Shown: positions 51,901 through 61,400 of the stretch, one piece after another | Numbering within the stretch: position 1 is the first letter of the stretch | How the letters are laid out: every line of letters begins with the position of its first letter | From: Eledone cirrhosa | Lineage: Eukaryota | DNA: 64,000 nt | Assembly (NCBI GenBank): GCA_964016885.1 | Contig: CAXHJY010001551.1 | Coordinates: 124,001 to 188,000, forward strand | Reading direction: 5' to 3' | Program-made: the position numbers and the translations under genes | Notes under the pieces: generated by a model | Told to the model about the DNA's origin: nothing | What the model saw: the letters and a program-made list of their open reading frames with translations, nothing else | Database searches by the model: none

Positions 51901-54900
51901 AGCTAAGCTAAGCTAAGCTATCCTAAGCTAAGCTAAGCTAAGCTATCCTAAGCCAAGCTAAGCTAAGCTATCCTAAGCCAAGCTAAGCTAAGCTATCCTA
52001 AGCTAAGCTAAGCTAAGCTATCCTAAGCTAAGCTAAGCTAAGCTATCCTAAGCTAAGCTAAGCTAAGCTATCCTAAGCTAAGCTAAGCTAAGCTATCCTA
52101 AGCTAAGCTAAGCTAAGCTATCCTAAGCTAAGCTAAGCTAAGCTATCCTAAGCTAAGCTAAGCTAAGCTATCCTAAGCTAAGCTAAGCTAAGCTATCCTA
52201 AGCTAAGCTAAGCTATCCTAAGCTAAGCTATCCTAAGCTAAGCTAAGCTAAGCTATCCTAAGCTAAGCTAAGCTAAGCTATCCTAAGCTAAGCTAAGCTA
52301 TCCTAAGCTAAGCTAAGCTAAGCTATCCTAAGCTAAGCTAAGCTAAGCTATCCTAAGCTAAGCTAAGCTAAGCTATCCTAAGCTAAGCTAAGCTATCCTA
52401 AGCTAAGCTAAGCTATCCTAAGCTAAGCTAAGCTAAGCTATCCTAAGCTAAGCTAAGCTAAGCTATCCTAAGCTAAGCTATCCCAAGCTAAGCTAAGCTA
52501 TCCTAAGCTAAGCTAAGCTAAGCTATCCTAAGCTAAGCTAAGCTATCCTAAGCTAAGCTAAGCTAAGCTATCCTAAGCTAAGCTAAGCTAAGCTATCCTA
52601 AGCTAAGCTAAGCTATCCTAAGCTAAGCTAAGCTATCCTAAGCTAAGCTAAGCTATCCTAAGCTAAGCTAAGCTAAGCTATCCTAAGCTAAGCTAAGGTA
52701 AGCTATCCTAAGCTAAGCTAAGCTAAGCTATCCTAAGCTAAGCTAAGCTATCCTAAGCTAAGCTAAGCTAAGCTATCCTAAGCTAAGCTAAGCTAAGCTA
52801 TCCTAAGCTAAGCTAAGCTAAGCTATCCTAAGCTAAGCTAAGCTAACCTAAGCTAAGCTAAGCTAAGCTATCCTAAGCTAAGCTAAGCTATCCTAAGCTA
52901 AGCTAAGCTAAGCTAAGCTATCCTAAGCTAAGCTAAGCTATCCTAAGCTAAGCTAAGCTATCCTAAGCTAAGCTAAGCTATCCTAAGCTAAGCTAAGCTA
53001 TCCTAAGCTAAGCTACGTTAAGCTATCCTAAGCTAAGCTAAGCTAAGCTATCCTAAGCTAAGCTAAGCTATCCTAAGCTAAGCTAAGCTAAGCTATCCTA
53101 AGCTAAGCTAAGTTAAGCTATCCTAAGCTAAGCTAAGCTAAGCTAACCTAAGCTAAGCTAAGCTAAGCTATCCTAAGCTAAGCTAAGCTATCCTAAGCTA
53201 AGCTAAGCTAAGCTATCCTAAGCTAAGCTAAGCTAAGCTATCCTAAGCTAAGCTAAGCTAAGCTATCCTAAGCTAAGCTCAGCTATCCTAAGCTAAGCTA
53301 AGCTAAGCTAAGCTATCCTAAGCTAAGCTAAGCTATCCTAAGCTAAGCTAAGCTAAGCTATCCTAAGCTAAGCTAAGTTAAGCTATCCTAAGCTAAGCTA
53401 AGCTAAGCTATCCTAAGCTAAGCTAAGCTAAGCTATCCTAAGCTAAGCTAAGCTATCCTAAGCTAAGCTAAGCTATCCTAAGCTAAGCTAAGCTAAGCTA
53501 TCCTAGGCTAAGCTAAGTTAAGCTATCCTAAGCTAAGTTAAGCTATCCTAAGCTAAGCTAAGCTAAGCTATCCTAAGCTAAGTTAAGCTATCCTAAGCTA
53601 AGCTTAGCTAAGCTATCCTAAGCTAAGCTAAGCTAAGCTATCCTAAGCTAAGCTAAGCTAAGCTATCCTAAGCTAAGCTAAGCTAAGCTATCCTAAGCTA
53701 AGCTAAGCTATCCTAAGCTAAGCTAAGCTAAGCTATCCTAAGCTAAGCTAAGCTAAGCTATCCTAAGCTAAGCTAAGCTAAGCTATCCTAAGCTATCCTA
53801 AGCTATCCTAAGCTAAGCTAAGCTAAGCTATCCTAAGCTAAGCTAAGCTACGCTATCCTAAGCTAAGCTAAGCTAAGCTATCCTAAGCTAAGCTAAGCTA
53901 TCCTAAGCTAAGCTAAGCTAAGCTATCCTAAGCTAAGCTAAGCTAAGCTATCCTAAGCTATCCTAAGCTAAGCTATCCTAAGCTAAGCTAAGCTAAGCTA
54001 TCCTAAGCTAAGCTAAGCTAAGCTATCCTAAGCTAAGCTAAGCTAAGCTATCCTAAGCTAAGCTAAGCTAAGCTATCCTAAGCTAAGCTATCCTAAGCTA
54101 TCCTAAGCTAAGCTAAGCTAAGCTAACCTAAGCTAAGCCATCCTAAGCTAAGCTATCCTAAGCTAAGCTATCCTAAGCTAAGCTAAGCTAAGCTATCCTA
54201 AGCTAAGCTAAGCTAAGCTATCGTAAGCTAAGCTAAGCTATCCTAAGCTAAGCTAAGCTAAGCTGTCCTAAGCTAAGCTAAGCTAAGCTATCCTAAGCTA
54301 AGCTAAGCTAAGCTATCCTAAGCTAAGCTAAGCTAAGCTATCCTAAGCTATCCTAAGCTATCCTAAGCTAAGCTATCCTAAGCTATCCTAAGCTAAGCTA
54401 TCCTAAGCTATCCTAAGCTAAGCTAAGCTAAGCTATCCTAAGCTAAGCTAAGCTATCCTAAGCTAAGCTAAGCTAAGCTATCCTAAGCTAAGCTAAGCTA
54501 AGCTATCCTAAGCTATCCTAAGCTAAGCTATCCTAAGCTAAGCTAAGCTAAGCTATCCTAAGCTAAGCTATCCTAAGCTAAGCTATCCTAAGCTATCATA
54601 AGCTAAGCTATCCTAAGCTATCCTAAGCTAAGCTATCCTAAGCTATCCTAAGCTAAGCTATCCTAAGCTATCCTAAGCTAAGCTAAGCTAAGCTATCCTA
54701 AGCTAAGCTAAGCTAAGCTAAGCTATCCTAAGCTAAGCTAAGCTAAGCTATCCTAAGCTAAGCTAAGCTAAGCTATCCTAAGCTATCCTAAGCTAAGCTA
54801 TCCTAAGCTAAGCTATCCTAAGCTATCCTAAGCTAAGCTATCCTAAGCTATCCTAAGCTAAGCTATCCTAAGCTAAGCTATCCTAAGCTAAGCTATCCTA

Positions 54901-55250
54901 AGCTATCCTAAGCTAAGCTATCCTAAGCTATCCTAAGCTAAGCTAAGCTAAGCTATCCTAAGCTAAGCTAAGCTAAGCTATCCTAAGCTAAGCTAAGCTA
55001 AGCTTTCCTAAGCTATCCTAAGCTAAGCTATCCTAAGCTAAGCTATCCTAAGCTATCCTAAGCTAAGCTATCCTAAGCTATCCTAAGCTAAGCTATCCTA
55101 AGCTATCCTAAGCTAAGCTATCCTAACCTAAGCTATCCTAAGCTATCCTAAGCTAAGCTATCCTAAGCTATCCTAAGCTAAGCTATCCTAAGCTATCCTA
55201 AGCTAAGCTAAGCTAAGCTATCCTAAACTAAGCTAAGCTATCCTAAGCTA
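49000..55250 (+). repeat. Tandem duplication, unit ~3.32-3.37 kb
   Basis: TCCCA 49161/52481, AGGTA 49376/52696, TACGTTA ~49694/~53014, GGCTA 50181/53506, TCGTA 50851/54221, CCTAACCTAA 51752/55122. Confidence 0.9.
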
Positions 55251-55429
55251 AGCTAAGCTAAGCTAAGCTATCCTAAGCTAAGCTAAGCTAAGCTATCCTA
55301 AGCTAAGCTAAGCTAAGCTATCCTAAGCTAAGCTAAGCTAAGCTATCCTAAGCTAAGCTAAGCTAAGCTATCCTAAGCTAAGCTAAGCTAAGCTATCCTA
55401 AGCTAAGCTAAGCTAAGCTATCCTAAGCT

Positions 55430-58400
55430 AAGCTAAGCTAAGCTATCCTAAGCTAAGCTAAGCTAAGCTATCCTAAGCTAAGCTAAGCTAAGCTATCCTA
55501 AGCTAAGCTAAGCTAAGCTATCCTAAGCTAAGCTAAGCTAAGCTATCCTAAGCTAAGCTATCCTAAGCTAAGCTAAGCTAAGCTATCCTAAGCTAAGCTA
55601 AGCTAAGCTATCCTAAGCTAAGCTAAGCTATCCTAAGCTAAGCTAAGCTAAGCTATCCTAAGCTAAGCTAAGCTAAGCTATCCTAAGCTAAGCTAAGCTA
55701 AGCTATCCTAAGCTAAGCTAAGCTAAGCTATCCTAAGCTAAGCTAAGCTAAACTATCCTAAGCTAAGCTAAGCTATCCTAAGCTAAGCTAAGCTAAGCTA
55801 TCCTAAGCTAAGCTAAGCTAAGCTAAGCTTTCCTAAGCTATCCTAAGCTAAGCTATCCTAAGCTAAGCTAAGCTAAGCTATCCTAAGCTAAGCTAAGCTA
55901 TCCTAAGCTAAGCTAAGCTATCCTAAGCTAAGCTATCCTAAGCTATCCTAAGCTAAGCTATCCTAAGCTATCCTAAGCTAAGCTATCCTAAGCTAAGCTA
56001 TCCTAAGCTAAGCTATTCTAAGCTAAGCTAAGCTAAGCTATCCTAAGCTAAGCTAAGCTAAGCTATCCTAAGCTAAGCTAAGCTAAGCTATCCTAAGCTA
56101 AGCTAAGCTAAGCTATCCTAAGCTAAGCTAAGCTAAGCTATCCTAAGCTAAGCTAAGCTAAGCTATCCTAAGCTAAGCTAAGCTATCCTAAGCTAAGCTA
56201 AGCTAAGCTATCCTAAGCTAAGCTAAGCTAAGCTATCCTAAGCTATCCTAAGCTAAGCTATCCTAAGCTAAGCTATCCTAAGCTATCCCAAGCTAAGCTA
56301 TCCTAAGCTAAGCTAAGCTAAGCTATCCTAAGCTAACCTATCCTAAGCTAAGCTATCCTAAGCTATCCTAAGCTAAGCTATCCTAATCTATCCTAAGCTA
56401 AGCTATCCTAAGCTATCCTAAGCTAAGCTATCCTAAGCTATCCTAAGCTAAGCTAAGCTAAGCTATCCTAAGCTATCCTAAGCTAAGCTATCCTAAGCTA
56501 AGCTATCCTAAGCTAAGCTATCCTAAGCTATCCTAAGCTAAGCTATCCTAAGCTATCCTAAGCTAAGCTATCCTAAGCTATCCTAAGCTAAGCTAAGCTA
56601 AGCTATCCTAAGCTAAGCTAAGCTAAGCTCTCCTAAGCTAAGCTAAGCTAAGCTATCCTAAGCTAAGCTAAGCTTTCCTAAGCTAAGCTAAGCTAAGCTA
56701 TCCTAAGCTAAGCTAATCTATCCTAAGCTAAGCTAAGCTAAGCTATCCTAAGCTAAGCTAAGCTAAGCTATCCTAAGCTAAGCTAAGCTAAGCTATCCTA
56801 AGCTAAGCTAAGCTAAGCTATCCTAAGCTAAGCTAAGCTAAGCTATCCTAAGCTAAGCTAAGCTAAGCTATCCTAAGCTAAGCTAAGCTAAGCTATGCTA
56901 AGCTAAGCTAAGCTATCCTAAGCTAAGCTAAGCTAAGCTATCCTAAGCTAAGCTAAGCTAAGCTATCCTAAGCTAAGCTAAGCTAAGCTATCCTAAGCTA
57001 TCCTAAGCTATCCTAAGCTAAGCTAAGCTAAGCTATCCTAAGCTAAGCTAAGCTAAGCTATCCTAAGCTAAGCCAAGCTAAGCTATCCTAAGCTAAGCTA
57101 AGCTATCCTAAGCTAAGCTAAGCTAAGCTATCCTAAGCTAAGCTAAGCTAAGCTATCCTAAGCTATCCTAAGCTAAGCTATCCTAAGCTAAGCTAAGCTA
57201 AGCTATCCTAAGCTAAGCTAAGCTAAGCTATCCTAAGCTAAGCTAAGCTAAGCTATCCTAAGCTAAGCTAAGCTAAGCTATCCTAAGCTAAGCTATCCTA
57301 AGCTATCCTAAGCTAAGCTAAGCTAAGCTAACCTAAGCTAAGCTATCCTAAGCTAAGCTATCCTAAGCTAAGCTATCCTAAGCTAAGCTAAGCTAAGCTA
57401 TCCTAAGCTAAGCTAAGCTAAGCTATCCTAAGCTAAGCTAAGCTATCCTAAGCTAAGCTAAGCTAAGCTGTCCTAAGCTAAGCTAAGCTAAGCTATCCTA
57501 AGCTAAGCTAAGCTAAGCTATCCTAAGCTAAGCTAAGCTATCCTAAGCTAAGCTAAGCTAAGCTATCCTAAGCTAAGCTAAGCTAAGCTATCCTAAGCTA
57601 AGCTAAGCTAAGCTATCCTAAGCTATCCTAAGCTATCCTAAGCTAAGCTATCCTAAGCTATCCTAAGCTAAGCTATCCTAAGCTATCCTAAGCTAAGCTA
57701 AGCTAAGCTATCCTAAGCTAAGCTAAGCTAAGCTATCCTAAGCTAAGCTAATCTAAGCTATCCTAAGCTAAGCTAAGCTAAGCTATCCTAAGCTAAGCTA
57801 AGCTAACCTATCCTAAGCTAAGCTAAGCTATCCTAAGCTAAGTTAAGCTATCCTAAGCTAAGCTAAGCTAAGCTATCCTAAGCTAAGCTAAGCTAAGCTA
57901 TCCTAAGCTAAGCTAAGCTATCCTAAGCTAAGCTAAGCTAAGCTATCCTAAGCTAAGCTAAGCTAAGCTATCCTAAGCTAAGCTAAGCTATCCTAAGCTA
58001 AGCTATCCTAAGCTAAGCTAAGCTAAGCTATCCTAAGCTAAGCTAAACTAAGCTATCCTAAGCTAAGCTAAGGTATCCTAAGCTAAGCTAAGCTAAGCTA
58101 TCCGAAGCTAAGCTATCCTAAGCTAAGCTAAGCTATCCTAAGCTAAGCTAAGCTATCCTAAGCTAAGCTAAGCTATCCTAAGCTAAGCTAAGCTATCCTA
58201 AGCTAAGCTAAGCTATCCTAAGCTAAGCTAAGCTAAGCTATCCTAAGCTAAGCTAAGGTATCCTCAGCTAAGCTAAGCTAAGCTATCCTAAGCTAAGCTA
58301 AGCTAAGCTATCCTAAGCTAAGCTAAGCTATCCTAAGCTAAGCTAAGCTATCCTAAGCTAAGCTAAGCTAAGCTATCCTAAGCTAAGCTAAGTTAAGCTA

Positions 58401-61400
58401 TCCTAAGCTAAGCTAAGCTAAGCTATCCTAAGCTAAGCTAAGCTAAGCTATCCTAAGCTAAGCTAAGCTAAGCTATCCTAAGCTAAGCTAAGCTAAGCTA
58501 TCCTAAGCTAAGCTAAGCTAAGCTATCCTAAGCTAAGCTAAGCTAAGCTATCCTAAGCTAAGCTAAGCTAAGCTCTCCTAAGCTAAGCTAAGCTATCCTA
58601 AGCTAAGCTAAGCTAAGCTATCCTAAGCTAAGCTAAGCTAAGCTAAGCTATCCTAAGCTAAGCTAAGCTAAGCTATCCTAAGCTAAGCTAAGCTAAGCTA
58701 TCCTAAGCTAAGCTAAGCTAAGCTATCCTAAGCTAAGCTAAGCTAAGCTATCCTAAGCTAAGCTAAGCTATCCTAAGCTAAGCTAAGCTATCCTAAGCTA
58801 TGCTAAGCTATCCTAAGCTAAGCTAAGCTAAGCTATCCTAAGCTTTCCTAAGCTAAGCTATCCTAAGCTAAGCTAAGCTAAGCTATCCTAAGCTAAGCTA
58901 AGCTATCCTAAGCTAAGCTAAGCTAAGCTACCTAAGCTAAGCTATCCTAAGCTATCCTAAGCTAAGCTATCCTAAGCTATCCTAAGCTAAGCTATCCTAA
59001 GCTAAGCTATCCTAAGCTAAGCTATCCTAAGCTAAGCTAAGCTAAGCTATCCTAAGCTAAGCTAAGCTATCCTAAGCTAAGCTAAGCTAAGCTATCCTAA
59101 GCTAAGCTAAGCTATCCTAAGCTATCCTAAGCTATCCTAAGCTAAGCTAAGCTAAGCTATCCTAAGCTAAGCTATCCTAAGCTATCCTAAGCTAAGCTAA
59201 GCTAAGCTAAGCTAACCTAAGCAAAGCTATCCTAAGCTAAGCTATCCTAAGCTAAGCTATCCTAAGCTAAGCTAAGCTAAGCTATCCTAAGCTAAGCTAA
59301 GCTATCCTAAGCTAAGCTAAGCTAAGCTATCCTAAGCTAAGCTAAGCTAAGCTATCCTAAGCTAAGCTAAGCTAAGCTATCCTAAGCTAAGCTATCCTAA
59401 GCTATCCTAAGCTAAGCTATCCTAAGCTATCCTAAGCTAAGCTATCCTAAGCTATCCTAAGCTAAGCTAAGCTAAGCTATCCTAAGCTAAGCTAAGCTAA
59501 GCTATCCTAAGCTAAGCTAAGCTAAGCTATCCTAAGCTATCCTAAGCTAAGCTATCCTAAGCTATCCTAAGCTAAGCTATCCTAAGCTATGCTAAGCTAA
59601 GCTATCCTAAGCTAAGCTATCCTAAGCTATCCTAAGCTAAGCTATCCTAAGCTATCCTAAGCTAAGCTAAGCTATCCTAAGCTAAGCTAAGCTAAGCTAA
59701 GCTATCCTAAGCTAAGCTATGCTAAGCTAAGCTATCCTAAGCTAAGCTAAGCTAAGCTATCCTAAGCTAAGCTAAGCTAAGCTATCCTAAGCTAAGCTAA
59801 GCTATCCTAAGCTAAGCTAAGCTAAGCTATCCTAAGCTAAGCTAAGCTATCCTAAGCTAAGCTAAGCTAAGCTAAGCTAAGCTATCCTAAGCTAAGCTAA
59901 GCTAAGCTATCCTAAGCTAAGCTAAGCTAAGCTATCCTAAGCTAAGCTAAGCTATCCTAAGCTAAGCTAAGCTATCCTAAGCTAAGCTAAGCTAAGCTAT
60001 CCTAAGCTAAGCTAAGCTAAGCTATCCTAAGCTAAGCTAAGCTAAGCTATCCTAAGCTAAGCTAAGCTAAGCTATCCTAAGCTAAGCTAAGCTATCCTAA
60101 GCTAAGCTAAGCTATCCTAAGCTAAGCTAAGCTAAGCTATCCTAAGCTAAGCTAAGCTAAGCTATCCTAAGCTATCCTAAGCTAAGCAATCCTAAGCTAA
60201 GCTAAGCTGAGCTATCCTAAGCTAAGCTAAGCTATCCGAAGCTAAGCTAAGCTAAGCTATCCTAAGCTAAGCTATCCTAAGCTATCCTAAGCTAAGCTAT
60301 CCTAAGCTAAGCTATCCTAAGCTAAGCTATCCTAAGCTATCCTAAGCTAAGCTATCCTAAGCTAAGCTAAGCTAAGCTATCCTAAGCTAAGCTAAGCTAA
60401 GCTATCATAAGCTAAGCTAAGCTATCCTAAGCTAAGCTAAGCTAAGCTATCCTAAGCTAAGCTAAGCTAAGTTATCCTAAGCTAAGCTAAGCTAAGCTAT
60501 CCTAAGCTATCCTAAGCTAAGCTATCCTAAGCTAAGCTATCCTAAGCTAAGCTATCCTAAGCTATCCTAAGCTAAGCTAAGCTAAGCTATCCTAAGCTAA
60601 GCTAAGCTAAGCTATCCTAAGCTAAGCTAAGCTAAGCTAAGCTAAGCTATCCTACGCTAAGCTAAGCTATCCTAAGCTAAGCTAAGCTAAGCTATCCTAA
60701 GCTAAGCTAAGCTAAGCTCTCCTAAGCTAAGCTAAGCTAAGCTAAGCTATCCTAAGCTAAGCTAAGCTATCCTAAGCTAAGCTAAGCTAAGCTATCCTAA
60801 GCTAAGCTAAGCTATCCTAAGCTAAGCTAAGCTAAGCTATCCTAAGCTAAGCTAAGCTAAGCTATCCTAAGCTAAGCTAAGCTATCCTAAGCTAAGCTAA
60901 GCTAAGCTATCCTAAGCTAAGCTAAGCTATCCTAAGCTATCCTAAGCTATCCTAAGCTAAGCTAAGCTAAGCTATCCTAAGCTAAGCTATCCTAAGCTAT
61001 CCTAAGCTAAGCTAAGCTAAGCTAACCTAAGCTAAGCTATCCTAAGCTAAGCTATCCTAAGCTAAGCTATCCTAAGCTAAGCTAAGCTAAGCTATCCTAA
61101 GCTAAGCTAAGCTATCCTAAGCTAAGCTAAGCTAAGCTATCCTAAGCTAAGCTAAGCTAAGCTATCCTAAGCTAAGCTATCCTAAGCTATCCTAAGCTAA
61201 GCTATCCTAAGCTATCCTAAGCTAAGCTATCCTAAGCTATCCTAAGCTAAGCTAAGCTAAGCTATCCTAAGCTAAGCTAAGCTAAGCTATCCTAAGCTAA
61301 GCTAAGCTAAGCTATCCTAAGCTATCCTAAGCTAAGCTATCCTAAGCTAAGCTATCCTAAGCTAAGCTATCCTAAGCTATGCTAAGCTAAGCTATCCTAA

